From: Felis catus
Taxonomy: Eukaryota
Assembly: GCF_018350175.1 (NCBI RefSeq)
Contig: NC_058368.1
Location: 171,308,001 to 171,372,000 of the forward strand
Length of the DNA stretch: 64,000 nucleotides
Direction: 5' to 3'
A program made the translations under genes and the position numbers. How positions within the stretch are numbered: position 1 is the first letter of the stretch; each line of letters opens with the position of its first letter. Of the stretch, positions 25,140-38,170 are shown one piece after another. The notes below the pieces were generated by a model. The model had not been told where the DNA came from, made no database searches, and saw only the letters and a list, made by a program, of their open reading frames with translations.

Positions 25140-25331
25140 ATGGCAGCTTCCTGATTTTGGCAGAGGAAGTAGCTCCCATAGTACATCAGCTCATAAGCAG
25201 GCTCTGAGAATCATTCTTGGTGTCCCAGTCTAGAACCTGTTCCTTCTGCCCTTCAAGTGATGCTGTAAATATAAACTTCCCAGCTGTAAATTCCTAGTGC
25301 TTAAAATAGCCAAAGTAGCTTTCTTTATCTG
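25140..25331 (+). mobile_element. ERVL-type LTR 3' fragment
   Basis: Ends gcttaaaatagccaaagtagctttc...ctgactgataca. Confidence 0.55.
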
Positions 25332-27297
25332 CAACTTAACTGACTGATACATTAGTCAAAAATTAATAGGAGACAAAATGCAATTGATAGTATTTTTAAA
25401 ATGGAATGAAAGGAACATACCCAACAGATGACATATGAAGAAAATATTTTCAAATGGAGATACTCCAGGAAATAGAAGAAAATTTTAGACCAAATATCTT
25501 AAATAGGTAATCAGATCAAAGAGAAGAGATGCAAGAGAACAAAGATGAGATGCTGTTTCAAGTGAAGAAGATGCAAAAAGGAGCTGGCAAAGCTAAGGGG
25601 GAAGCATATCATTACAGAAATAAAAACCAAATTGGAAACAGCAAACAATGAGCCAACACTGGTGAAAACACAGTTGTAATATGGAGAGGAAGCTCAAGAA
25701 AATAACAGAGAAATGAAGATAATATATTTGAAAGGCAGTCAACACATAAAGAAGAGAACAAAGTGCAAACATTACTCCTCAGTAAAATTCTCTCTCTAAA
25801 AGAACTTATATGTTAATGTTAAAAGGTTATCTGTGCTTCATGAAAAAAAAAAACAAAGAATCATAATCTTTCCTACTAATATTATTGTATTTCAAACACA
25901 AAGACTCTTATAAGTACTTGAGGAGAAGAATCAAATCTCCTATAAGTGTTTTTTAAAAATAGAACAATCTCAGACTCCACTTCAGCAACACTAGAGGCCA
26001 AAAAGATTTAAAAACTACATCTACAGAGGAATGAAGGGAAAAGAATGGCATCCAAAAACTACATATCCAGCCAGGCTGTCATTCACAGAGTAGGAGGAAA
26101 TGTCTGATTTTGCGATATCTCAGAAATAAATGCACTAAAAGCTCTTCTTGACAACAAAATATACATGAATTCTTAATAGAACCAACTGAAAGATGATTCA
26201 AAACAAAAAAATTCACAAGGGAAGGAAACCCACCACGTAACAACTGTTGGTATACACCGACTCAAAATAATATAAATAATATAAATAAAATAAGAGTAAT
26301 AGTATTATAATTCTTAAAAGAAAGGCTATATAAATGTTAACTATGATAACATAATAAGTGATCAATGCAAAAATTCCAAAGTGGCCCAAGAAAAACAAAG
26401 GAAAATATTAAAGAATATTCACAATATAAAACCCCAATATTGCTAAGTATAAAATAATAAAAAACAAAGTAATCAATCAGATAAAATCAAACCACAAAAT
26501 GAAACTAAAGAAAGGGGGATGAAATAGTAAATAACAGGTACAAGATTAATGAATTAGAAAGTGGAAATACAATAGATTGATAAATCATCCTAGACGTAAT
26601 TCCTAAAATAATAAATTAAATAAATTGATACCTAAATATTTTAAAATAATACAAATCAACATCCACAAATTAAAGAATGAGAGAAAAACACAACTATACC
26701 ATAAATTAAGAGAATTATAGGGAAAGATTTGCACAATTTTAAGCTAATACATTTTTAAACTGGGACAAAATGGATAGTGAAATTATTTGGATAATTTCAA
26801 TCCAAATTAAAAATTTATTACAAAATCATAAAGATGAGTCCAAGAAAAGATTGACAGATTATTTAATATAGTTTATGATTACTGGTTATTTTAATTTTAT
26901 AAAGATTCTTCCCTAAACATCACTAAACCCTAACAATTTCAAAATAAATTGTTTCAAATCCCCAAGGAATAAAATTCCCATGCTATTTAAACTGTACTGG
27001 AGGACATGAAAAAAAAGAGAGAGAAGTATTTCTCAGACTATTTATAACATTAGCATATCACAGCTATCATACTCACATAAAGGCAGCTTTTAAAAAGAAA
27101 ATATGGGCTAATTTCACTTTTCTGGTTTTAGTCATTCCAGGAAGGAAAAGATGGATCAAAATTAAGAATTCTATTAATAATGTTCACCATATAGTAACCT
27201 AAATAGATAGCAAAAATACATTTGATAAAATTTCATCTTTTATAAGAATTGGCTTTAAAAATCATTGATTTTTGGTTTCAAAAATGTCAGTAAAATA

Positions 27298-27557
27298 GGG
27301 GCGCCTGAGTGGCTCAGTCAGTTGACCATCTGACCCTTGGTTTCAGCTCAGGTCATGATCTCATGGTTTGTAACTTCAAGCCCCACATCAGGCTCTGTGC
27401 TGACACTGTGGTACCTGCTTAGGATTCTGTCTCCCCATCTCTCTCTGCCCCCCACAACATTGTCTCTCAAAATATATTAATAAATTTAAATATGTGTGTG
27501 TATATATAGATAGATATAGTGGTTATAGTCAGGAAAAAAGGTAAATAAATAATTTCT
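27298..27557 (+). mobile_element. CanSINE with an extended 3' tail, inserted in the old L1
   Basis: 18-bp TSD aaaaatgtcagtaaaata / aaaaatgtcaataaaata. Confidence 0.93.
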
Positions 27558-27767
27558 AAAAATGTCAATAAAATAAACTTTTATAGCTACTTAACATAAT
27601 AGCATATATAATCCAAAAGCCAGTGTCTTGCTTAATGTTGAAACACTGAAACATATGATTAAAGAAGGAACAAGGTGAGAAGATGCCTAATAGTACCATG
27701 ATAGATTCACTTTGCACTGGTAGAACTCTGAAAACAGTGTATCAGAATAAGATTTAGAAATAAAATA

Positions 27768-27798
<31 letters not shown>

Positions 27799-27836
27799 AG
27801 AAGGAAGGAAGGAAGGAAGGAAGGAAGGAAGGAAGG
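27768..27836. repeat. Compound tetranucleotide microsatellite (TAAA)n(GGAA)n
   Basis: Directly visible. Confidence 0.97.
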
Positions 27837-29214
27837 CAATGTCGTTACTGTTTACAGACTATATGATTATCTTTCTGGAAAACCCAAAGTAAGCAACTGA
27901 AAAAGTACCAGCAGAAAATAAAGTATTCAGCATTAGCTGGATCCAAAATTAATATACAAAAATCAATAATTTCCTATTTTCTTATATAACATGATGGAAA
28001 AATATACTTATAATTGAATCAAAAACTACAAAATATTCTGGAAAAACTTAACCAAACAGTCATATTACCCCAAAGAAAAGAGCACAAAATCCACTAAGAG
28101 ACATAAAAGAATACCTGAAAAACTATTTTAATTCTATTTTTGGATAGAAAGACTCAATAGTTTTAAGGTGTTGTTTTTCATCAAATTAATGTATCAAATC
28201 AGTGTTATAAAAATTGATATCTCCACTGTACTTTTAAAGCTGGATCCATAATTTGAACAAAGGAAACTAGAAGGTCTCTTAAATATTCAAATATATTAAA
28301 TCTACAGTTATAAAAACATCCAGGATCAGCACAGAAATAGACAGCCAAAATTAATACAACAAACTGTATGGAAATGTATTATTTGATAAGGATGGTATTC
28401 CAATTCAGTGGAGGGGAAAATGGACTATTGAAATAAGCAGGTTGTATAATGAGCTAGCCATTTGGAAAAGGATAGCAATTTGGAAAATAATTAAATTGAA
28501 TCCATGCTTTATATCTTGTTACAAAATAAATTCCAGAAGGATGAAAAACTTACACACAAAGCAAAAACGTAAATTCACAAAGAAGTTTAAAAAAAACAAT
28601 GGTAAATAGTTGCTATAAACTTAGAATACAAAAAGGATTCTAAGCATTGCATTAAACCTAGAAGCAATAAAATAAATTATGAATATATATGTTCATGTGA
28701 AAATTTGAAAGTTCTGCAAGGCAAAATGTACTATAAACAAAATGAAGAAACAGAGGTAATCAGGGGAAAGTATAGATAATACACAGAAAAGACAAAAGCA
28801 TAATATCCCTAATATATAGGTAACATATTATATATACAGCATATTAATATATATATATTAAATTCAGTGTTTAATAAAGCAAATAACCCAATAGAAAAAA
28901 AATGTACATGAACAGACAAGTCATAGAAGACATACCATGAACGTATAAACATATAAAAAAAAAGCTAAACCTAATAATTAAATAAATTTAAATGAAAACA
29001 GGATTAACAAAGGTTAACAAAGACTTATGGTTGATACTAGCCAGTATTGATAAGTAACTGGGGATATGTAGGTTAATACAACTTTATTTGGCAAAGCAAT
29101 TGATAACATGTTGATGGGCAAAATATGTTACTGGCAATCTACTAAAATTATAAAAGTTCAGAATCTTTGATCCAGCAATACCACCTGCACTAATTTGGAG
29201 TACAAAAACAGAAG

Positions 29215-29375
29215 GAATAGTAGTGGAAGAATGAGAACAAGGGTATGAGAAAGAGGAATAAGAAGAAAAGAAAAGGGAGAAGGAAGATGAAGAGTAGGGG
29301 AAGAGGAAGAAGAGACGGAGGAGAGAAAGCCAAAGGAGAAAGAGGAGAAGGGGGAGGAGGAGGAAGAGGGGAAGA
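29215..29375. repeat. GA-rich low-complexity tract
   Basis: Near-pure purine run. Confidence 0.9.
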
Positions 29376-30323
29376 ATCCCACAAAAATTAAAAAATAAAC
29401 TCTGGAAGAATATACACAAACTGTTAGTTACTTCTGAAGGGTGGGGCTATAGGGGAATTTTACCTTATTGTTAAATATTTGTGAGGCATTTAATTTTTTA
29501 ATAACAATATATTACTTTTGAAATAATAAAATATTTCAAAGTAAAATGAAAAGGCAAGCAAGCTTAGAAAGAGCACTTCTCCCAAGTTGGTTTCTTAGCC
29601 ACTCTTTTCCCTGCCAAGTACATATCTAGAGAGACTCCATAGATACAACTTTTGATTTCCATCCCAGTTGTGACCATTCCATCCCCTCTGTTCATACACT
29701 GCAAAAATAGAGGAGAATGGAATGGTCTCCATCAAAGCTTTACTCATTAACACCCAGCACTGACACAATCTATCTCCCCGCGGTACTCAGATTGTTGATT
29801 TTAAGAGCCATTAGGCAAGACACATTGGAAAGCTAGCACTGAGTTACATAAACAATGATCTGAACGGAATGAAAATGTGCTTTGCCAGGTCAGCAATCTA
29901 AGAATTCTGTTGGGGAAGAAACAGAAAGTTGTTTATATCAAGATAGTTTGTGATGTATCCAATAAAACTAAAAATCAAAGAACTTACTTGGACAAGCTTG
30001 CTCTTATTAATATTTTGGAAATGTCTTATCAGCTAAGGGCCTCCTAGAAGTTGTTATCTTTGCTGGGCAGAGTGAAGAGGAGGGTTTTCACCTTTTGAAC
30101 TAAAATTTTTTAATCTGCCCTAGCACTGGTTCAATGCCACAAAAAATTCAGTTTATTATTGACTTCTACATAATAAACAATATATTAAATGGATTTATAC
30201 ATATCCATTTGTATGCTTCTCTATGTTTAAATTTTCAGTGCAGGCAATGATAAAATGAAGAAAGGATCTTCGGAAAATATAGTTTAGTAACCAACTCTCC
30301 CAATCAATTAATAAATTATCTTA

Positions 30324-30536
30324 GTTTGTTTTGTTTTAAGTTTATTTATTTTGAGACAGAGAGAGAGAGCACAGTGGAGAAGGAGCAGGAAGAGAGGGAG
30401 AGAGAGAATCTCAAGTAGGCTCTGCACTTTCAGTGCAGAGTCAGATGTGGGGCTTGATCCCAGGAACCGTGAGATCATGACCTGAGCCAAGATTCAAGGG
30501 TTGGACGCTTAACTGACTGAGCTACCCAGGTGCCCC
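30324..30536 (-). mobile_element. CanSINE
   Basis: TSD taaattatctta / taaattatttta. Confidence 0.95.
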
Positions 30537-31169
30537 TAAATTATTTTAATTAAGACAGAGAGTCAAACTTCCCTGAGGATCTTTTTCTTCCCGCTAATAT
30601 TATTAACTCTATTAGCATTAGATCTATTATCATGTCTGTTAGCATAGATGTGACTAACAGAAATTGAAGTCAATACCAACCCATCTTCTGTAACTTGGAA
30701 ATCGTTTAGGGATGTGTCTATTGGATGGACACATGCATACCCTGGATGCCCCTGGGTGTCCTCCATGAAGAAAAGCAACAGCTTGCTTCCCATTACCTTT
30801 CTCATCTTCCAAATGTCATCTCTCATAGGTGCTAGGTAATTATACTTCAGAGTCACTTTGATTCAAACCTCATTTATGCTTTTAGAAGAAAGTATCTTTG
30901 TTTTTTGTAGTTTGCCTGTAGACTGAGCTACAAGTGAAGTATGTGATCATCTAAAAACACATACAAAATTTAAAATGAGGACTCCTCTATGAGCAAAACT
31001 ACCACAGCTGAACTAGGAAAGAAAGAAATCCTGGTACCAGGTGTTCAAGGACTAAAATTAAGAGGCAGATCATGGCTGACTGTCAATGGAGAATGTACAA
31101 AAGAGAAATGAAGTTAATTCTTAAGATATCTTGATCTCATTCAGTTTAGGACAAAAAGGAATCTCATAA

Positions 31170-31570
31170 GATACTATCAGGACTCACTAATATTCAGTTC
31201 TTCCTCCTGGACACAGAAGGCGGCACCTCCTGGCACACCTACGCCTGAGCAGGGCCTAATAACTATCTATGGCCAATGTTATGGGCAAAATTGCTGTGCC
31301 CCTTCTAGGTTGGGATGTTTCTTCTAGGCTGAAACATTTAAGTACTGGCATAAGACTCTCCAGAGCTCTCCACCTGCTGTGTTGATCATACAAACATATC
31401 ATAAAATGGCAGCATCAAGGGTGGTGGTGCAGACTTCATCCTGGGTCCCTGAACGACTACAAAGAGCAGAGATCTGCTGCTGTAACTCATTGGGTGTATT
31501 CTTGTTTTAAGCCACTGAGATGTCAGGGATTTGTTACAGCTGCACAATCCAACTTGTCTTGACTGATACA
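31170..31570 (+). mobile_element. MaLR LTR (MLT1I/J-like)
   Basis: tggccaatg motif; ends gttttaagccactgaga...ttgactgataca. Confidence 0.8.
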
Positions 31571-32049
31571 TACACGTAATCAGTCATCATGGTAATAGAT
31601 GAATGATCTTTTTATTTCATCATTATGGCTGGCAAAGATGAGTTGGGGGCTTAGTATTATCATTTTAAATCTAGAATAAAGTCCATGATATAGTTGATTA
31701 CACACAGATGTGAACATAAAAATAAATAGGTGGCTAAAAAGAATTCTATAGGTAATTTACATAGACTAATAGTGGATTTTTTTTCAGTTTGCCTTTTATT
31801 TCCAAACTCATTGGTTTATTTTTTAATGAGTAATATTGAAAGGAGAGAGAAGATTGGAATAAAAATCATCCTTACCTAGGGAGCAGCATAGACATAGGTA
31901 AGATGAGTGCTTCTTCTCTGTTTTAGTAGTAAGAAGGAGATATTCTTAAATCAGGATGACATGTGCATAAGCCACAAGATGTATCATACAACATCAGGAT
32001 ACACGTTTAGCCTGAGACAGTTCTATTCTAATGAGACAAACAGTTAATG

Positions 32050-32485
32050 TACTGGATATTTTCTATTTGCTTAAGGCATCCTTCTCTCTCCTTTCCACCT
32101 TACTCTTACCTAACAGGCCTTCAAGCAATTCAGCTTCTTGTTGGGTTCAGCCAATGGATATGTTCAGGTAGAAAATAAAGAGGAAAAATATCAAGGCAAG
32201 GGTATTATTGCTCTAATTCTCTTCTTGGAGAGTCACCTGAACCTGGCTTTATCCCCCAAAAGAAAGTCATTGGTTGTCTCAAGACAGCTCATCCTTCTGG
32301 CTTTAAGTAACCTCTCCCTCTCCCATCCCTTCCAGCTAGCAGTAACAGCTTCACTATTCCTAGCGCTGGGTTTCTTCACCACCCTTGTGGGTTCCCTATA
32401 TACCACCCACAAATTTATAATTAGTCCCCCATCAAATTTCCAGTGTATTTGTCATTTATTTCCTTTTGGCACCCTAAGTGATTCC
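32050..32485 (+). mobile_element. ERVL LTR (LTR16-like)
   Basis: gggttcagccaatgg motif and an LTR16-like 3' end (ttccctatataccacccac...tagtcccc...ccctaagtgat). Confidence 0.65.
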
Positions 32486-32624
32486 GCTAGTTGCTTACTG
32501 TACCAAAAGATTAATGAGGATAAACAACTGTGCCTGAAATAAGCAGAAGCCACGCAGATGCAGTTAGCAATGAATTGCAGTGAGATTCCCTATATAATGG
32601 GAAATTACATAAATACTTACACTA

Positions 32625-32730
32625 CATATATATGCATATACATTTATGTATATGCATGCATATAACCATATATATATGTAGACACGCATATATATATATA
32701 TATATATAGACATGCATATTTACATATACT
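32625..32730. repeat. (TA)n/(TGCA)-rich simple repeat
   Basis: Directly visible. Confidence 0.85.
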
Positions 32731-33493
32731 TGGTTGTTCACATAAAGTTGCCAAGCCAACTTTTCTGCATGTAGCAGAAACCTAGGGCAAAGAGTATACA
32801 GTGTGAATTCACTGTCCTGTGGGAAAGGAAGTAGGCCACACAGATCAAGCCACTCTGAACATAATGTTCTGCTGACAGGACCATTTTCCCAGCAGCTGGA
32901 AATATCACTGAGCTAATTCAGAAAAACTGCAGGGCTGAGAGCTGAAGCCATTTACAATGTACACATCAGGACTGGTCAGCAGTTAGAAGGGCCAGAATCT
33001 GGACCTGGCAAGATACAGTTGGACGTAGCTGCTCCTGCCAGATGTAGCCTTAAGAGATGGTGACAGGGCACTCCCAAGAGGGCTCTAGCAAACACTGAGA
33101 ACTTTCCAGATCTGAATATTTGTATAATCTTTTATTTCTTATCACCTTGCAACCTTCAACTCTATTGATTAACCTGTGGATTAGTGTATATAGGAAGATA
33201 AAAATATAATTTTAGAAGAACAAATCCCCTATAAACAGAGAACTATCAATTTCTAGCACACATTTGGGACAATGGCCAATATCTACCATGACTATTCCAC
33301 TGTTCTTAAAATATATATGTCACCCAAGACACAGAAAGAAGTGAACTATGGGGCTAAAAATTTCACACAAAGAGCAGCAATATAGATTTTTCTTATTTGT
33401 ATCACATTATACTACAAATTAATATCCACACCTTCTAAGAAAACAAGGAATGAACTAAAAGTCCACAACTTGTCATAGTTTGATTTCTATGCA

Positions 33494-33695
33494 TTTTTTT
33501 AAGTTTATTTATTTATTTTGAGAGAGGGAGAGAGACAGGATGAGGAGTGGAGGGGCAGAAAGAGAGAATCCCAAGCAGGCTCCACACTGTACGTGCAGAG
33601 CCCAGTGCAGGGCTCAAACTCACAAACAGTGAGATCATGACCCGAGCCAAAATCAAGAGTCAGATGCTTAATCAACTGAGCCACCCGGGCACCCC
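33494..33695 (-). mobile_element. CanSINE
   Basis: TSD tctatgcattttttt. Confidence 0.96.
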
Positions 33696-33849
33696 TCTAT
33701 GCATTTTTTTAAAACTTGTCAATTGACTCAAGGCCCCTTGCAGAGGCTGAACACCCACTGTTCATGTCAATTTTGTGGCAAATGGACTATACTGTACACA
33801 GAATTCTCCAGAAGCTGAACTACAGATAGGCCATTTTGTGTATTTACTC

Positions 33850-34523
33850 TTTTTTTTTAATATGAAATTTATTGTCAAATTGGTTTCCGTACAACACCCA
33901 GTGCTCATCCCAATAGGTGCCCTCCTCAATACCCATCACCCACTCACCCCTCCCTCCCACCCCCCCATAAACCCTCAGTTTGTTCTCAGCTTTTAGGAGT
34001 CTCTTATGTTTTGGCTCCCTCCCTCTCTAACCATTTTTTCCCCTTCCCCTCCCCCATGGTCTTCTGTTAAGTTTCTCAGGGTTCACATAGGAGTTAAAAC
34101 ATATGGAATCTGTCCTTCTCTGTATGACTTATTTCACTTAGCATAACACTCTCCAGTTCCAGCCACGTTGCTACAGAAGGCCATATTTAATTCCTTCTCA
34201 TTGCCACGTAGTATTCCATTGTATATATAAACCACAATTTCTTTATCCATTCATCAGTTGATGGACATTTAGGTTCTTTCCATAATTTAGCTATTGTTGA
34301 GAGTGCTGCTATAAACATTGGGGTACAAGTGCCCCTATGCATCAGTACTCCTGTATCCCTTGGGTAAATTCCTAACAGTGCTACTGCTGGGTCATAGGAT
34401 AGGTCTATTTTTAATTTTCTGAGGAACCTCCACACTGTTTTCCAGAGTGGCTGCACCAGTTTGCATTCCCACCAACAGAGCAAGAGGGTTCCCATTTCTC
34501 CACATCTTCTCCAGCATCTATAG
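33850..34523 (-). mobile_element. 5'-truncated, relatively young carnivore/felid L1 (ORF2 C-terminus plus 3'UTR)
   Basis: ORF 34187-34531 encodes [19 protein letters not shown]...[28 protein letters not shown] (L1 ORF2p C-terminus); 16-bp TSD ttgtgtatttactctt / ttgtgcatttactctt. Confidence 0.97.
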
Positions 34524-37269
34524 TTGTGCATTTACTCTTAATCTTTAAATTTTATTGTCTCTCATAAAAAGGTGTTTTTATAAATTAACTTTATAAAGCT
34601 CTTCTGAAATTATCTTTAATTTTTTACTTATTTTTTTAGTATAGTTCTGATATTAACTAGCAAGTTTCACCAAATAGCACACATGCATAGAAATCAAACA
34701 TAACTAAATACGACTACTGTATGTTACCTCAGAGAGTCAGTGGTATAATTATACGTTTTTATATTTGTCTTGTTGTGTCTAGGTTCTGAGGGTGGGAAGA
34801 TGAAATAAGAGGTGATAGAAGAGAATAATTATTGGAATATATAAAATTAATTGATATGTTATAGAATTCCATGACAGATCAGACTCAATAAAAGAAATGG
34901 TTGTTACTATATATTGGGTTGGGAAATAACGTGTTAAACATTTTTGTAGTTGAATCACAACATTTCATTTTAAAAAGAGAAGAATAACATGAAGTATTAT
35001 TTATAAAAGAATCTAATTTGTTTTTTCACTGGGACTCTATCTTCATGTTTGTATATTAAAATACTTTCCTGAAGAATCTCCTTGAAGCTCTACATAAAAT
35101 AACAATCAACTAGATGGGAAAACAAAACAACTTTTGCATCAGAACCAGTTGACAAAATAGCCCCACAAATCCACAGATAGAAGCAGGTAACAATAAATCA
35201 ACAACATCCACAAGATCTACATGGCATCAGGGCCTGTGTGAGAAAACACACAGGGATGTCTGATGGGTCTGAAAATGAAAGAGCACAATAGTGCACAGGT
35301 ATTCCTGGAAAGTAAGACCAGCTGATCTGACAACAGCAGCAGAAACTGGAAAGCAATTTGCCCAGTCCAATAGTGGATGATCACAAGGGGCCCAGTTTCT
35401 AAAGACTGAAAAGGACTGAAACAGTCTGGGCCACATGAGTTGTCAAAAACAAACAACCAGAATTCCCTTTCAAGAGAGAGCCCTACATTTGGCAGAAACT
35501 TCATAGAGTGAAATAAAAAATCAGCAAGAATTTGAACAATGGAGACAAATGAAAGAGAGGATCCAGATAAGTTAGAGAAGGGAAAAAGAACCAGGAAATC
35601 TCAAAAAAAGTAAGTGAATCTGTGTTTTAACACTTAAAAAAAAAACAAAAAACAAAAAACACAGAACTGGGAGCACCAAGAAATTAAGAAACCTACCTTG
35701 AGCCACATCTTTGGAAAGTTTAGGAAAATCAGTTTCACACAAATATGAGCAAAAGGAAAATATCTAAGTCAATCCCAAAACAAAATATAGAAGAAAAAGG
35801 GAGCGAAAAACAGAATAGTATCCTCTAGACAATGAAAACATGCCAGGAAGATATGGACCACAAAACAGGTCCAAACACAACCTCCTAAATGAAACTGAAC
35901 TAGAAGTTAATAAAATTATATAAGATTTAAAAGAACAACATAATTCAGAATTCTAAAACTCAAAAAGAGGGTAAAAGATCTAAGGAAAAGATGAAAAATT
36001 TAAAAAGTCATTTTAGAAAAGAAGACTAAGCCAGAGGAGACGTAAGAGCAAATAAACACAATACAAAATACCTTAAGGATAATAAGTTACAGGAGAAAAG
36101 AAATAAAGGAAGTTATAAAGTAACAAATACTGAAGATAAGCAAAAAAGAGCCAACATATAGATAATCAGATTGCTTGAATATTAAAACCAAACAAGTAAA
36201 CACAACAAATACAAAAGCATATATTTCATAAAAACTTTCCTGAACTAGAAGTAAAAAGATTAAAACTATACAATTTACATGAGAATAATGACCCAGAATG
36301 ACCAACTGCAAGACACATTCTTATAAAACTACTAGACTTTAGAGGGGAAAAAATGACTTGAGTATCTAAGCAAAAAGAATATAACTTTTTAAGGGAAAAA
36401 GTTAAATTACAATCAAATTCTCAACAGCAACCTTTGCACCAGAAGGAAAAAAAAAAAGTATGCATGTTATTCAAGGAAAGAAAGTGCAAGCCTAGGTATT
36501 TTATCTAGTAAAACTGACTTTCAAGTATAAAATTCACACACAAGATGTTATCAACATGCAAGAATTCAGAGAACATTATTTCCATGACCCTATCCTACAG
36601 AACAATTGTATATAATCTAAAAATCTAGAAAGACATCTATATAAAGATTGTGGGTGGGCATTAAATATATACTTGCTTGTAGGATTATGACTAAATAAGA
36701 ATTAAGGAGGAGAAATTAAAGTATGCCATGGCTATGTGATCTGACAACGTAGATATAACAAAACCACTTTTTTTAATGGGGGAAGATTGGGGAGAACATT
36801 TGCTGAAACAGAAATCATATTGGAGGTAGTGGTAGTATTAGTGTCATCATTCTGAAATTAATGTGTATAGAAGATGTTCTAATTTTATCATCATCTGTGC
36901 CTATGAGAATCAGTTCTTAAGAACTCAGTGTGGAAGGCAGGAGATTCAGATGTATTCTATAAGATGTCAAGTAAAAGTCGTTAAGTCTTGAATTTGAATT
37001 GAAAATATCAGAATGAATTCTGTCCCCTGAAAAGTCCTGGAAACAATGACCAACTGATAGCAATGAGTGACCCTGGTCCCAGATTGTGATCCTGAAATAA
37101 CACCTCCTACTAAAAGAAATTAGAGGTACATGGAGAAACAGTGATTCTAGCTCCAGGCAGGGAATGTACTAGATAGTTGGCCCTGGAATAGCTTGCCATA
37201 CTGGAGTAGGTTGAATAATGGCTCCCCAAAATATCTAGTATTTTTTACTAGTTTTTAATTTACTTTTTA

Positions 37270-37463
37270 TATTTTTTTAAAGATTTTTTTTTATTTTAGA
37301 GAGAGAGAGAGAGAACAAGCTGGGGAGAGGGGCAGAGGGAGAGAAAGAGAAAATCTTAAGCAGGCTCCATGCTCAGTGTAGAGCCCAATGTAGGGCTCGA
37401 TCCCATGACCCTGGGATCATGACCTGAGCCAAAATCAAGAGTCAGACACAACCAACTGAGCTA
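37270..37463 (-). mobile_element. CanSINE (5'-clipped) in the L1 tail
   Basis: Antisense SINEC body. Confidence 0.92.
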
Positions 37464-37956
37464 AGCAGTTTTTAAGTTTTTAATTTTAATTCCAATACAG
37501 TTAACATAAAGTACTATATTAACTTCAGGTGTACAATATAGTATTACTTAGTACGTATCATGATAAGTATACTTCACAGAACTAGAGAAAATAATCCTAA
37601 AATTTGTATGGAACCACAAAAGACCCTGAATAGCCAAAACAATCTTGAAAAAGGAAAACAAAGCTGGAGGTATCCCAATTCCGGATTTCAAGTTATACTA
37701 CAAAACTGTAATCAAAACAGTATGGTACTAGCATAAAAATAGACACATTGATCAATGGAATAGGATAGAAACCCCTGAAACAAACTCATGACAAAAGAAC
37801 ATGCAATGGGAAAAAGACAGTCTCTTCAACGAATGGTGTTGGGAAACTGGACAGCGACATGTAGAAGGCATGTTTCTTACACCAAACACAAAAATAAACT
37901 CAAAACAGATCAAAGACCTAAATGTGAGACCTGAAACCATAAAAGTCCTAGAAGTC

Positions 37957-38170
37957 GGGATGCCTGGGTGGCTCAGTCGGTAAGTGTCTGACTTCCGCTC
38001 AGGTCATGATCTCACAGTTCATGTGTTTGAGACCCACGTCAGGCTCTGTGCTGACAGCTCAGAGCCTAGAGCCTGCTTCAGATTCTGTGTCTCCTTCTCT
38101 CTCTGCTCCTTTCCCAGTTGCCCCCTGTCTCTCTCTCAGGAGTAAATAAAATTAAAAAAAAAATTTTTTA
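37957..38170 (+). mobile_element. CanSINE within L1 ORF2
   Basis: TSD tcctagaagt. Confidence 0.95.

Larger units (their letters stand above)
25335..29535 (+). mobile_element. Long, heavily degraded old L1 (L1M/L1ME-like): ORF1, ORF2 and 3'UTR remnants
   Basis: A-rich sense strand with L1 motifs in order: atatccagccaggctgtcattc (ORF1), gtttacagactatatgatt (LFADDMI-like), ttggatagaaagactcaat, aaaataaattccaga, then the 3' end. Confidence 0.8.

Noticed and set aside
29084..29419. Hydrophobic, signal-peptide-like ORFs (also 41370-41652)
   Set aside because: Low-complexity GA/TC tracts.
31866..31905. Hairpin tcatccttaccta...taggtaagatga giving donor-like sites on both strands
   Set aside because: A short imperfect stem, too small for a pre-miRNA and expected by chance in 64 kb.
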